DNA of 59,694 nucleotides, taken from Chitinophagales bacterium. GTDB lineage: Bacteria; Bacteroidota; Bacteroidia; Chitinophagales; Chitinophagaceae. Below the pieces are notes generated by a model. The model did no database searches. It saw nothing but the letters and a program-made list of their open reading frames with translations, and had not been told where the DNA came from. Location of the stretch: NCBI GenBank assembly GCA_038256825.1, contig JBBSJX010000001.1:1-59694 (forward strand), read 5' to 3'. A program made the position numbers and the translations under genes. Shown one piece after another: positions 10,559 through 21,190 of this stretch (its first letter is position 1; each line of letters starts with the position of its first letter).

Positions 10559-12448
10559 TTACATCCACTTGTTCCACCACATTTGAAACATTAATAAAAG
10601 CCAGACCTGGGTTTCTTTAAATTCCTTACCTGATAAAAATTCGTCGCGAATACTAATGGCTTTTTTAACGTCTATCAGATTGTGCTTTGACAATTGTTCT
10701 TCGTTGATATACTCGTATAAATAGCTCTTTAGATCACTTCGTAACCACTCATTCATTGGTATAGAAAATCCAACTTTGGGCCGATCCATTAATGTTTTGG
10801 GGAGGTATCTATGAGCTACTTTTTTTAGTATGTATTTTTTATCGCCGTTGTTGTATTTAAGGTTTGAAGGAAGCTGTGCGGCAAATTCAATAATCCTGTT
10901 ATCTAACAGTGGTTCCCGGCCTTCTAAACCAACACTCATCGTGGCCCTATCTACTTTAACCAGAATATCGTCAACTAAATAAGAGTTATAATCGAGCGCT
11001 AAGCAGGTATTGATAAAATCATTTTCGTTATTAATTTTTCCAATATCATCAAACAAACCAAGGCTGGATGTATTTGTAGGCAACAAGGCTTGTATTTCGC
11101 GAATATTATAATGTTGATGATAAATATCGGCAAGGCCATTATTTTCATAAGAATTTAAAATTTCGGCCATCCTTCCAATTTTATGCACTTTTTTAATTGG
11201 AGGAAAAATTTCACCTGAAAAGTTAAGTACAGATTTGCCGAGCTTTAATAAAAAATCAGGCGCTTTTGCAAACTTATCATTAAGCTCCTTTAAATGAAGG
11301 TATCGGGTATATCCTGCAAATATCTCATCTCCACCATCGGCAGACAAACTTACCGTTACATGCTTGCGGGCAAACTGGCTAACCAACGTTGTGGGTATGG
11401 CAGAACTGTCGCCAAAGGGTTCATCATAAATATCGGCAAGGGTTGGCAATATATTCTGCGCCTCCTTTGTTGTACAATAATATTCATGATGGTCGGTACC
11501 CATGTATTCCGCCATCTTTTTTGCATGGGGCGCTTCATTAAATTTATCCTCGTTAAAGCCAATGGTAAAAGTTTTTATGCGCTGTGTATTGTTTTTTTGC
11601 AATACGGCCGCTACAACACCACTATCGTAACCTCCACTTAAAAAAACGCCTACCGGTACATCACTTATCATCCGGTATTGAAAGGCCGATGTAAACAATC
11701 TATCTACTTCATCAACTGCCTCTTCTTCTGATATTTTTAATTTGGGTTTATTGTAATAATCTAAAACATCATAATACTTAACATCGTCAACCTTGTGCGT
11801 GGTGAGGTCAATTTTTATATAGTGCCCTGGCTGAACCTTGTAAGTATCCTTGAATATTGTATAAGGAGCCCTGATGTAAGCATATTTAAAAAACAATGAA
11901 ACAGCATGCTCATTAATTACCTTTTCAAAAACCGGGTAAGTATAAATCGACTTCAGTTCCGAGGCAAAAACTATACAATCATTCTTTTTAAAATAATAAA
12001 GTGGTTTAACACCTGCCCTGTCGCGCAACATGTACATTACCTGCTTTCTAATGTCATAGATTACAAAAGCAAACATGCCAATGAATTTATGCACCGCATC
12101 AATGCCAAAATGTTGATAGGCCTTAATAATAACTTCTGTATCACTATCGGAATGAAACGCATAACCATGGCCTTCTAACTCCTTCCTTATTTCCTTAAAA
12201 TTATAAACCTCACCATTTAAAATAATAACCACACTCTTGTCATCGCTGTACATGGGCTGGCTACCATTTATTGAAACATCTAAAATGGATAAACGACGGT
12301 GTCCAAGTCCAATAAAAGCTTCAGCCGTTTCAAAAAATGCTATGTCGCCACTATCGGGGCCTCTATGCTTTAACACACCTGTGCCTTTTGCAAGGTCATC
12401 AGTTGTTAGCCTCCTCTTAAAATCACAAAAACCAGAAAAACCACACAT
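10559..12448 (-). CDS. asnB: Asparagine synthase-like amidotransferase, paralog 2 (tandem duplicate of 12515-14404)
   Basis: MCGF, HRGPD, LSGGYDS, ADGGDE; 629 aa and colinear with its neighbour. Confidence 0.92.
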   Translation of the reverse strand: MCGFSGFCDFKRRLTTDDLAKGTGVLKHRGPDSGDIAFFETAEAFIGLGHRRLSILDVSINGSQPMYSDDKSVVIILNGEVYNFKEIRKELEGHGYAFHSDSDTEVIIKAYQHFGIDAVHKFIGMFAFVIYDIRKQVMYMLRDRAGVKPLYYFKKNDCIVFASELKSIYTYPVFEKVINEHAVSLFFKYAYIRAPYTIFKDTYKVQPGHYIKIDLTTHKVDDVKYYDVLDYYNKPKLKISEEEAVDEVDRLFTSAFQYRMISDVPVGVFLSGGYDSGVVAAVLQKNNTQRIKTFTIGFNEDKFNEAPHAKKMAEYMGTDHHEYYCTTKEAQNILPTLADIYDEPFGDSSAIPTTLVSQFARKHVTVSLSADGGDEIFAGYTRYLHLKELNDKFAKAPDFLLKLGKSVLNFSGEIFPPIKKVHKIGRMAEILNSYENNGLADIYHQHYNIREIQALLPTNTSSLGLFDDIGKINNENDFINTCLALDYNSYLVDDILVKVDRATMSVGLEGREPLLDNRIIEFAAQLPSNLKYNNGDKKYILKKVAHRYLPKTLMDRPKVGFSIPMNEWLRSDLKSYLYEYINEEQLSKHNLIDVKKAISIRDEFLSGKEFKETQVWLLLMFQMWWNKWM

Positions 12449-12514
12449 ACTTATTTATTAATTGTTGAATTCTTTAAATTTAAGATCAATAGTCACATTA
12501 ATTTGTTTGCATAA

Positions 12515-14404
12515 CTACATCCACCTGTTCCACCACATCTGAAACATAAGCAACAACCAGATTTTTGTTTCATCATTTACTTTTCCTGCTAAAAAATCAT
12601 CTCTTAAAGCAATGGATTTTTTTACATTTAATAACCCATGCTTTGCTAATTGTTCTTCATTAATATACTCATATAAATAATCCTTTAAATCGCCCCGCAA
12701 CCATTCACTTACCGGTAATGAAAATCCTGATTTTGGCCTGTCCAATAATTCTTTAGGAATGTATTTGTGTGCAACCTTTTTTAAAATGTATTTCTTCTCA
12801 CCATTATTATATTTCAATTGCGAGGGAAGCTGCGCTGCAAACTCAATAATCCTGTTATCCAATAAAGGTTCCCTCCCCTCCAGCCCAACGCTCATAGTTG
12901 CACGATCCACCTTTACCAATATATCATCAACCATATACGATGAATAATCTAGCGCCAAACAGGTGTTTATGAAATCATTTTCATTATTTATTTTAGAAAG
13001 ATGATCAAACAGTCCTATCCCGGTATATTTATCACTTAATAGTTCATTTAATTCGGCCTCATTATTAAACTGGGAAAAAACATCGGCCAGGTTTACATGA
13101 CCTGGATTATTTAAAAGTGAATTTACCCTTGAAAATTTTGAATTCTTTTTAATTGAAGGCAAAATGCTTGCAGATACATTAGTGATCGTTTTTCCAGCGT
13201 TTCTAACAAAACCCGGTACTTTATCAATCACATTATTTATATTTTGCAGGAAGGGATAGCGTGTATACCCTGCAAAAATTTCATCACCTCCATCTGCCGA
13301 TAAGCTTACTGTTACATGCTTACGGGCAAACTGGCTAACCAAGGTTGTAGGAATGGCAGAACTATCGCCAAAAGGTTCGTCGTAAATATCGGCAAGGGTG
13401 GGCAAAATATCCTGGGCCTCTTTTGTTGTGCAGTAATATTCGTGATGATCAGTACCTATATGCGCCGCCATTATTTTTGCATGAGGCGCTTCATTATATT
13501 TCTCTTCGTTAAATCCAATGGTAAAAGTCTTAATTCGTTGGGTATTGTTTTTTTGCAACACTGCAGCTACAACACTGCTATCATAACCTCCACTTAAAAA
13601 AACGCCTACCGGTACATCGCTCACCATCCGGTATTGAAAGGCCGATGTAAAAAGTCTTTCAACTTCTTCCGTCGCCTCTTCTTCCGATATTTTTAATTTA
13701 GGCTTATTATAAAAATCTAAAACGTCGTAGTACTTAACGTCTTCAACTTTTTGCGAGGAAAGATCAATTTTTATATAATGACCTGGATGTACCTTAAAGG
13801 TATCCTTAAAAATTGTATGAGGCGCCCTTATATATCCATACTTAAAAAACAATGAAACTGCGTGCTCATTTATAATTTTTTCAAAAACAGGATAAGTATA
13901 AATTGACTTCAGTTCAGAAGCAAAAACAATACAATCATTTTTTTTAAAATAGTACAAAGGCTTAACCCCTGCCCTATCGCGAAGCATATAAATAACCTGC
14001 TTTTTAATGTCGTAAATAACAAAAGCAAACATGCCTATAAACTTATGCACTGCATCAATTCCAAATTGTTGATAGGCTTTAATGATCACCTCGGTGTCGC
14101 TGTCGGAGTGGAAAACATACCCAAGTTCCTGTAGTTCTTTCCTGATTTCTTTAAAATTATATACCTCACCATTTAATATAATAACAATACTCTTATCGTC
14201 ATTATACATAGGCTGGCTGCCGTTTTCCGACACATCCATTATGGACAAACGCCTATGGCCAAACCCTATATTAGCATGGGGATTTTCAAAAAATTCAGTA
14301 TCTCCACTGTCAGGTCCCCTATGTTGTAAAACACTTGTTCCCTTTACAAGATCCTCAATATTTAACCGCCTCCTAAAATCACAAAAACCTGAAAAGCCAC
14401 ACAT
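12515..14404 (-). CDS. asnB: Asparagine synthase-like amidotransferase, paralog 1
   Basis: MCGF, HRGPD, LSGGYDS, ADGGDE; 629 aa. Confidence 0.92.
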   Translation of the reverse strand: MCGFSGFCDFRRRLNIEDLVKGTSVLQHRGPDSGDTEFFENPHANIGFGHRRLSIMDVSENGSQPMYNDDKSIVIILNGEVYNFKEIRKELQELGYVFHSDSDTEVIIKAYQQFGIDAVHKFIGMFAFVIYDIKKQVIYMLRDRAGVKPLYYFKKNDCIVFASELKSIYTYPVFEKIINEHAVSLFFKYGYIRAPHTIFKDTFKVHPGHYIKIDLSSQKVEDVKYYDVLDFYNKPKLKISEEEATEEVERLFTSAFQYRMVSDVPVGVFLSGGYDSSVVAAVLQKNNTQRIKTFTIGFNEEKYNEAPHAKIMAAHIGTDHHEYYCTTKEAQDILPTLADIYDEPFGDSSAIPTTLVSQFARKHVTVSLSADGGDEIFAGYTRYPFLQNINNVIDKVPGFVRNAGKTITNVSASILPSIKKNSKFSRVNSLLNNPGHVNLADVFSQFNNEAELNELLSDKYTGIGLFDHLSKINNENDFINTCLALDYSSYMVDDILVKVDRATMSVGLEGREPLLDNRIIEFAAQLPSQLKYNNGEKKYILKKVAHKYIPKELLDRPKSGFSLPVSEWLRGDLKDYLYEYINEEQLAKHGLLNVKKSIALRDDFLAGKVNDETKIWLLLMFQMWWNRWM

Positions 14405-14499
14405 AATTTCTATTTATATAAATCATCGTGATGATGTGCAATATTCAAACCAAAAAAGCTAAATGTTGAATTATTTCTTAAAGCTATAAAGTACTTTAA

Positions 14500-14578
14500 T
14501 TTTTTATTGACCAGCATTTCATCTTAGGGCAACATCGTTGTGTCACTCACTTGTACAAAAACTTTTCATGGCAGCAAC
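14500..14578 (-). repeat. Dispersed intergenic element, copy 2
   Basis: Minus strand gttgctgcc-N13-gtacaagtgaGTGACACaacgatgttgccc...tgctggtcaataaaaa. Confidence 0.85.
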
Positions 14579-14616
14579 AACTGCGATAACGTAATACTGT
14601 ATAAAAATATAATAGT

Positions 14617-16275
14617 TTAAAACCATTTACTTCTTTTAACAGAAGCATCTATAACAGATAAGCCATTATCGTATGTAAACGAATGTGTGGCACTAACCTC
14701 CTTCGACCAGTTAGGTAATAACTTAGTAACTGCTACTTCCTTATATTCATTTTCATTTAAAACCAGCACCTCATTTATAACGGTAGCATAGCCATATTTG
14801 TACGAGCAATCCTGCGACGGCCGGTAAAGCTTCCCATCCTTATAAAATAACCTACCCGCAGGCCTGGCAGATTTTACATCAGAAACAACAGGGTTAGCTG
14901 GATGACTTGTCCACGAATTACTAAATAAACTATCTGAAGAGAAGAGGAAAAGTTCTTCACTATACGCTCCTCCATCAATTACCTTTATATTGGTAAACAT
15001 CCAGAATTTGCCGTCTTCAATAAACAAAGTTGTGTCCACAGCCTTCACATTTTCCATCAAATTCATTTTAAATTTCCATTCATACGGAAAATTTGTGGAC
15101 TGATATAATTGAATGTTAGCATTTTCCTCAGTTTCAGGAATCATGTAATAAGTATCCTCGTATTTAAAAATAAAAGGGTAAGATAAATGATATGGTTTTT
15201 TTAAAATTACTTTTGGTTGGGAGGTTACGCCCTTCTTATCAATTTCAATCACCGACAAATGACCCTTTGTTTCTTTATATATGAGTTCTTCAAAAAATAT
15301 AAAATACTTACCTTCTTCAAAAACAACAAATGGGTCAGCCCAAAACCGGTCTTTAGGAGGCACCAGTTTTTTATACCGAAATAACGAAGTAGATAAACCA
15401 TTTTGATTAAATGAATAAAGTAGCACCCATTGCTCGAAATTAAAAATTTTCCAAATATTCAATTTTAGCCAATCCCAATAATTTGAAATGAAGAGAGAAA
15501 GAAACTCGCTGTTTCTTGGCGTAGTATATAATCTTTCTGAATAAAAGCATAGTTTACCATTCTCTAGTCTTAATTTTTCAAAAAATTTCTCCTCACCCTT
15601 TGTATGTAATTCCTTTAATTTCCTGGGAACAAAAAGAGCAGTCTTCCAATAATAGCTATTTAAACTCTGCTCCAACGTTCTGTAAATTGTTGACCATGAC
15701 CGGTATAAAACTTCTCCGCCATCAAGATCTTCAGATAAAATTTGTAAAACGGATCCAACTTCTCTATCTCTTTTAAAAACTTCCCAAAAACCGGCAGGGC
15801 CGCCCCTGTAATTAAAATTATCACCATGATGGTACGACCAAACTCCCATCTTTGCACTTTTTAAAATATTACCACGCAGTATTCTAAAACCTAATCTCAA
15901 AAAAACATCAATATTGTACTGCTTAATTTTTTCAATATCAGTGTCTACAATATAATCCGAGAATTTTTTTTCAATGCACTTTACTTCAAGTATATCTATT
16001 TGTTTAAGGATAGGCTCAAGGCTAACGATCCTAAATGCATCGGGACTAGCTTTTAAAAAACTTCGCTCAAATTTTTTATATAAATTATTAAACAAAAAAG
16101 GAAGGTTTTTCCTTTTGTTAAAAACTGATTGGGGCTGTTCAGAAGCCTTTTTTTTAACGATTAAAACAATTTCAGCATAATCACCTAAATGAATTTGTTC
16201 AAGCATTTTGTAAACCCATAAGCAAGCCGATTCATCGTCGAGTAATAAACCTATCCTTAATTTATTTTGAAACAT
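14617..16275 (-). CDS. Formyltransferase-like N-domain fused to a beta-propeller (glucosamine inositolphosphorylceramide transferase-like family)
   Basis: GVWSYHHGD..YRGGP.GFWE N-terminal block; FWADPF, HLSYPF, MIPET, ARPAG, RPSQDC in the C-terminal half; ATG at 16275 chosen. Confidence 0.7.
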   Translation of the reverse strand: MFQNKLRIGLLLDDESACLWVYKMLEQIHLGDYAEIVLIVKKKASEQPQSVFNKRKNLPFLFNNLYKKFERSFLKASPDAFRIVSLEPILKQIDILEVKCIEKKFSDYIVDTDIEKIKQYNIDVFLRLGFRILRGNILKSAKMGVWSYHHGDNFNYRGGPAGFWEVFKRDREVGSVLQILSEDLDGGEVLYRSWSTIYRTLEQSLNSYYWKTALFVPRKLKELHTKGEEKFFEKLRLENGKLCFYSERLYTTPRNSEFLSLFISNYWDWLKLNIWKIFNFEQWVLLYSFNQNGLSTSLFRYKKLVPPKDRFWADPFVVFEEGKYFIFFEELIYKETKGHLSVIEIDKKGVTSQPKVILKKPYHLSYPFIFKYEDTYYMIPETEENANIQLYQSTNFPYEWKFKMNLMENVKAVDTTLFIEDGKFWMFTNIKVIDGGAYSEELFLFSSDSLFSNSWTSHPANPVVSDVKSARPAGRLFYKDGKLYRPSQDCSYKYGYATVINEVLVLNENEYKEVAVTKLLPNWSKEVSATHSFTYDNGLSVIDASVKRSKWF

Positions 16276-16362
16276 AGTGGGGGGCACCTATTTTAAAAAA
16301 TACTTTATAAATCAATTATGATATAGTAGATGTTTAAAGCGGTCGAGTGGTTGTAACCTATT

Positions 16363-17439
16363 CTAATTATTAACAAGATTTCTGTATTGGATCAAATATT
16401 CATTAATCATCTTCTCAATTGAAAATTCATTACGAATTTTAAAGTTACCCGCCTTACCCATATTTAATCTTAAATTTTGATTATTTAATAATAGGTCAAT
16501 TTTGTCTGCTAAAATCTGAGGACTACGTACTGGAATTAAAAAACCAGTTTTACCATCTTCAACAATTTCTGGAGTTCCTCCTCCACCTGAAGCAATTACA
16601 GGCTTAGCTAAAGCCATATATTCTAATATTGAATTAGAAATACCTTCGGTATATGTTGATAAGGTTCCAACATCAAAACAATTAATTAACTCCTCAATAT
16701 CACTTCTTTTTCCCAGTAGCAAAATATTTGCATCATGGCCATTAATGGTTAACTTTTCAGTGTCTACACCTATTGCAATAAATGTAACATCGCTTCTTTT
16801 ATTTAATATTTTTTGTGCCGCTTTAAAAAATGTTGTATAATCTTTATATTTTGAATTTGTGGCAACCATGCCCACAATAAATGGTGTTTTTATTCCTAAT
16901 TTATTTTTTACCTGTTCCCGGTCAACCAGTTGATGAGTTCTATTGAAATTAAAGCCGTTTTTAATACAAATACTTTTTCTAACAGGAGCTTTATAAGCAG
17001 TTAACCCAGCTAAAGAATTTCCAATAATTAGTTTTGAAAACAAAAAAGTGAATCGGGCACGCCACCAAAGTATTTTGTCCAAATCTTTAATATCCGGGGC
17101 ATCAGAAACCATTCCATTAATTATTTTGAAACCAAGTAATATGGAGGATGGTATTAAATAGATTGCAGACATACTATCCCAGCAATGAACAAAATCAGGT
17201 TTATAATTCTTACAGATTTTATACACCTGGGAAAAAACGGTTAAATCTCGTTTGGATTTTCGTACAATTTTATGAATCGTAAGTCCAAAATCAAAAATTT
17301 CTTTATAATGAATAGTGTCACTTAAAACTACCAGTTCAAAATTGACATATTTCTCTTTTATCAGTCCTTTAATTAACTCAATTAATCTTCTTTCTTTCCC
17401 TCCTGATGATAAGTTATCAATAAAAAATAAAAATCTCAT
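16363..17439 (-). CDS. GT4 family glycosyltransferase
   Basis: GGKERR, KDY, EGISNSILEYMA; start MRFLFF chosen. Confidence 0.9.
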   Translation of the reverse strand: MRFLFFIDNLSSGGKERRLIELIKGLIKEKYVNFELVVLSDTIHYKEIFDFGLTIHKIVRKSKRDLTVFSQVYKICKNYKPDFVHCWDSMSAIYLIPSSILLGFKIINGMVSDAPDIKDLDKILWWRARFTFLFSKLIIGNSLAGLTAYKAPVRKSICIKNGFNFNRTHQLVDREQVKNKLGIKTPFIVGMVATNSKYKDYTTFFKAAQKILNKRSDVTFIAIGVDTEKLTINGHDANILLLGKRSDIEELINCFDVGTLSTYTEGISNSILEYMALAKPVIASGGGGTPEIVEDGKTGFLIPVRSPQILADKIDLLLNNQNLRLNMGKAGNFKIRNEFSIEKMINEYLIQYRNLVNN

Positions 17440-17489
17440 AAATTCACAAGTATCAAATCCCAAAACGCATATTATGCATGAAGTTAAAA

Positions 17490-18605
17490 TTAAGAAGTGA
17501 TCAATTTTAAGAAGCGTTGACCTGCACTATTAAAATCATGATATTTTTTTACAAATTCAATTAAACAATTACGGGAAATGGAGTCAACAGCATCCGTTTC
17601 AATACTGATTTTCATTTTATCAACATCCCCATTACAGAATATTCCTAAATTGTATTGATTGAAAATGTTTCCTGGATTAACATTTAATGAGATTACAGGA
17701 ACACCATTACCCCAGGCTTCTAAAAAAATATTTGGGAACCCTTCAAAGTAAGAGGTATTTATTACAGCCTTAGCATTAGCGATTAACGCATAAGTTTCGG
17801 CCTGATTTTTTTGACCGATTAGTGTAATATTTTTCAGCTTTCCTAATTCGTTGTATAGTTTTGTAACCTCATCTCCCTTAGGCATACCAACTATTTTTAT
17901 AGGTACACGAGGATCCAGTTTCCTAATTAATTTATATAAATTATCAGCTCCTTTTAACATAGTCAACGATCCTGCATATAAATAGTAATTCCCCCTTTCA
18001 TTTTTATACTCCGGCAATTTTGCCAGGTCAATAATATTGGGAAATATTATCTTTTTACTTTTGTCAGTTTTTGATTTTGGATATTGACCTGAATGTTGAA
18101 GTGTTATATAATCTGCGTTTTTTAATAGGTAATTAAATATTAAATCACTGGGGAAATTCTCTGCCAGATATTTACTTATCTTAAAACCAGATTTATACTC
18201 ATATTCATATTTATCAGAAAAAGAAAGTATATCAATATCTGAAGCAATTGCCTGTATAAATTTTGCTTTTCTCTTTTTTGCCGCAAGATATGAAAGTAAG
18301 TGAATATAACTTCTCATTCTTACATAGTAGAAATCGGCATTTTGTTCCTTAAATAGTTTATACAAGGCGGGTATCCGATTGGTGAACAATCTCAGGCCTT
18401 TTATACCCTTGTTCCAATTGGGAACCTTAATTAATTTAATGCCTTCATCTGTTGTAAAACCTTCCTCAACATATGGATCAATAACCACCACTTCATGCCC
18501 ATCCAATGCCAGGGCTTTTGCAAGAAGATAAGACTGGAATTCACCACCACCGATTGTTTGTCCTTGAATGGCACAGGACATATATCCAAAAAAACAAAAT
18601 TTCAT
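17490..18605 (-). CDS. GT4 family glycosyltransferase
   Basis: IGGGE, NTSYFEGFPNIFLEAW. Confidence 0.88.
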   Translation of the reverse strand: MKFCFFGYMSCAIQGQTIGGGEFQSYLLAKALALDGHEVVVIDPYVEEGFTTDEGIKLIKVPNWNKGIKGLRLFTNRIPALYKLFKEQNADFYYVRMRSYIHLLSYLAAKKRKAKFIQAIASDIDILSFSDKYEYEYKSGFKISKYLAENFPSDLIFNYLLKNADYITLQHSGQYPKSKTDKSKKIIFPNIIDLAKLPEYKNERGNYYLYAGSLTMLKGADNLYKLIRKLDPRVPIKIVGMPKGDEVTKLYNELGKLKNITLIGQKNQAETYALIANAKAVINTSYFEGFPNIFLEAWGNGVPVISLNVNPGNIFNQYNLGIFCNGDVDKMKISIETDAVDSISRNCLIEFVKKYHDFNSAGQRFLKLITS

Positions 18606-18664
18606 AATACTGCTATTTATTCAAAATTTATACCCTGCCTATTAGTAAATAGCAAACTTATAAA

Positions 18665-19837
18665 CTAAGAAAGAGTACTTATAAAGTCAAGCATTCTTTT
18701 CGCCTGGTATTTATAATTAAAAATTGTTTCAGTTAATTTTCTTCCATTTTTACCTATTTGAATTGAAATGGCAGGATGATCATAAACATAATTCAATTTA
18801 GCAGACAGTGCATTTTCATCTCCAGGTTCAATCAAAAATGCATCCTGTGCATCTTTAATATAATAAGAAATCTCCCCAACATTAACTGAAATAACTGGAT
18901 TAGAACTGGCAAGAAATTCAGTAAGTTTTGAGGGATATGATGCCTGTGATAAAAGGTCGTTAGCTCTAACCATCACAAGTACATCTGCATGCGCAACATA
19001 TTTAATGATTTCTTCTCTACTCAGATAACCTAACAGTATTACGTTATTTTCAATTTTTAATTCTTTAATCAGATTTATAATTTCTATCCGCTGCCCCTCG
19101 GTACAAAAACCGCCCAAAACCAGTCTAATGCTATCCTTATTATAATTAAATTTAGCATATGCCCGTATCAATAAACCTATATCATCCCTGTCAAAAGTTA
19201 AAGACCCGAAATATCCTACATAGTTATAATTTACAGGTTTGATAGTGTTATTAATAAATCTCTCTGGGTCAACAGTACTTGGAATTAAAATTAATTTGGA
19301 TGAACTAATACCTTTGGCTTTGTAATAATTAATAAGAAAGTTAGAAATACAAAAAATACCGTCAGCCAAGCCGGTTTCCAATTTAAAAAGAAACCTTCCT
19401 TTCATCCGCCTCATTGCACTACCCTCATAAAAACGCATGGGGTGTTCACTTATTTCCAAAACTAACTTTGCATTTACCAGCTTACATAAAAGCTTTGCAA
19501 AGGCGTGGGTTTTGTGAAGATTACTCCAACTATTTATTGCAATAATTTTATCTATTCTATTTATCTCCTTAACTATTTTATAAGTGTTATAAAATTTTAA
19601 AGACTTATGCAGCCTTCTAACAAAAAAACTTCCACTTCTTTGTTTTTGTGCTAATGGCTGAAAATATTTAATACCATCTATTTCACCTTCCTTTTCATTA
19701 ACATAGTCATCATTAAAACAGATAACATAAACATTAACTCCATGCTCCTTAAAGCCCTTTGCATAAGTATAAACCCTGTTAGTTGCAGCACTACCTTCAG
19801 GAAAAGAAAATAAATCTCCAAAAATTACCAAACTCAT
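18665..19837 (-). CDS. GT4 family glycosyltransferase
   Basis: YFGSL, YPSKLTEFLAS.NPVI. Confidence 0.88.
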   Translation of the reverse strand: MSLVIFGDLFSFPEGSAATNRVYTYAKGFKEHGVNVYVICFNDDYVNEKEGEIDGIKYFQPLAQKQRSGSFFVRRLHKSLKFYNTYKIVKEINRIDKIIAINSWSNLHKTHAFAKLLCKLVNAKLVLEISEHPMRFYEGSAMRRMKGRFLFKLETGLADGIFCISNFLINYYKAKGISSSKLILIPSTVDPERFINNTIKPVNYNYVGYFGSLTFDRDDIGLLIRAYAKFNYNKDSIRLVLGGFCTEGQRIEIINLIKELKIENNVILLGYLSREEIIKYVAHADVLVMVRANDLLSQASYPSKLTEFLASSNPVISVNVGEISYYIKDAQDAFLIEPGDENALSAKLNYVYDHPAISIQIGKNGRKLTETIFNYKYQAKRMLDFISTLS

Positions 19838-19894
19838 CTAATATCTTTTTTATCCAACAATCCATATAATTCAACACCATGAATAATAAAACCA

Positions 19895-21190
19895 CTATTT
19901 ATTTAATTGCAAAGTTGCCATTGGGTTATGCAAGCTTTTTGAGGCATTGTTCAACACGGGTTCCTCTTCCAAACTTTCATTATCATCTCCTAATCTCTTT
20001 GAATAGTTGCCATAATATTTGAGGTACATTAACGACAGTACCACACCCATCTCACTTAAATTAAAATAAACGAACGTTGTATTTGCAAAGCAAAGTGCCA
20101 CAATTCCATAAAAAGTTCCCCAAAAGTTCACCCTTCGTCCTACGATCCAGGCATAACGTAGCAGAAAAAAGAGAGAGAGAAAAAAGAAAGCACATCCAAC
20201 AATACCATAAAAATATAAGTAGGATAAATAACCAACATGAATTAGTGGTGCTTCTCCTCCTAATAAATCTATTACATCTTTCTTCGTTTCAGGCCCTACT
20301 CCAAACCACGGATTTTCAGGAAAAACAATCATAAAAACATCATAGGACAATACTCTTGCTTTTGCAGAAGCCATATCCGAATCCTTTTCCAAAATCCTGC
20401 TGTTTACAACTTCTTCAATATCGAAACCAAAATTACTGGCTACAACAATTATAGAAAATATACCTATCAAAAAAATTACAAAAAGGGAGACCCTTTTTGT
20501 TAAAGACCTTGCAGTATTAAAAAATATTTGGGATAAAACGATAATCGCTGATAACATAATGTAACGTGCTCTGGTTAAAAAAGATACTATCACTGCACTT
20601 ATAACAAGTATAGATAGCTCAGCTTTTTTTCTTTCATATAAACTGACCATTAATGATATTAAAATGGGGAAGGTTATACCCGTTGAGTTAATATTTGTCC
20701 AGCTATAGATTGAAAAGTTCCTGTTATCGCCAACGTACAACAAATCCTCATCCATAGTTGTATTAAAAAAGAAGGATGGATTTTTTATTTGAATGATACT
20801 TACTATTAATGAAATAATAACAATGATTAGAATATTCTTATTCATCCTATTCATAAACCTTTCGGAGAATGTAGAATACTCAATTAATATAAAGAACAGG
20901 CATGCAAGTATATTAGGATCAGAAAATAAAAAATAGACTTTATTTGTCTCTTTAGGAATGGTGTCGTTTATAAAAACAGAACTTATGTGGTATACAGTAA
21001 ATAAAATAAAAAAAATAAGATACCTAGGTAATTTTTTATTTTTATAAACAACAAAATAAAGTGCAATCGGAACAATAAGAATGGATGTAAAAAACTCGAT
21101 TGGTTTATTTGTATACGTATATACAAACCACGCCCAGATAGGATAAAATGGAAATAAAATAATGAAAATTGTCTGAACTAATTTATTCAT
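19895..21190 (-). CDS. wzy: Wzy polymerase / O-antigen ligase family membrane protein
   Basis: About 10 hydrophobic segments, periplasmic loop with R...PWFGVG...H.GYL; position inside the locus. Confidence 0.75.
   Translation of the reverse strand: MNKLVQTIFIILFPFYPIWAWFVYTYTNKPIEFFTSILIVPIALYFVVYKNKKLPRYLIFFILFTVYHISSVFINDTIPKETNKVYFLFSDPNILACLFFILIEYSTFSERFMNRMNKNILIIVIISLIVSIIQIKNPSFFFNTTMDEDLLYVGDNRNFSIYSWTNINSTGITFPILISLMVSLYERKKAELSILVISAVIVSFLTRARYIMLSAIIVLSQIFFNTARSLTKRVSLFVIFLIGIFSIIVVASNFGFDIEEVVNSRILEKDSDMASAKARVLSYDVFMIVFPENPWFGVGPETKKDVIDLLGGEAPLIHVGYLSYLYFYGIVGCAFFFLSLFFLLRYAWIVGRRVNFWGTFYGIVALCFANTTFVYFNLSEMGVVLSLMYLKYYGNYSKRLGDDNESLEEEPVLNNASKSLHNPMATLQLNK

Noticed and set aside
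16279-16284. G6 tract before the 14617-16275 gene as a phase-variation site
   Set aside because: Too short, and upstream of the more plausible ATG
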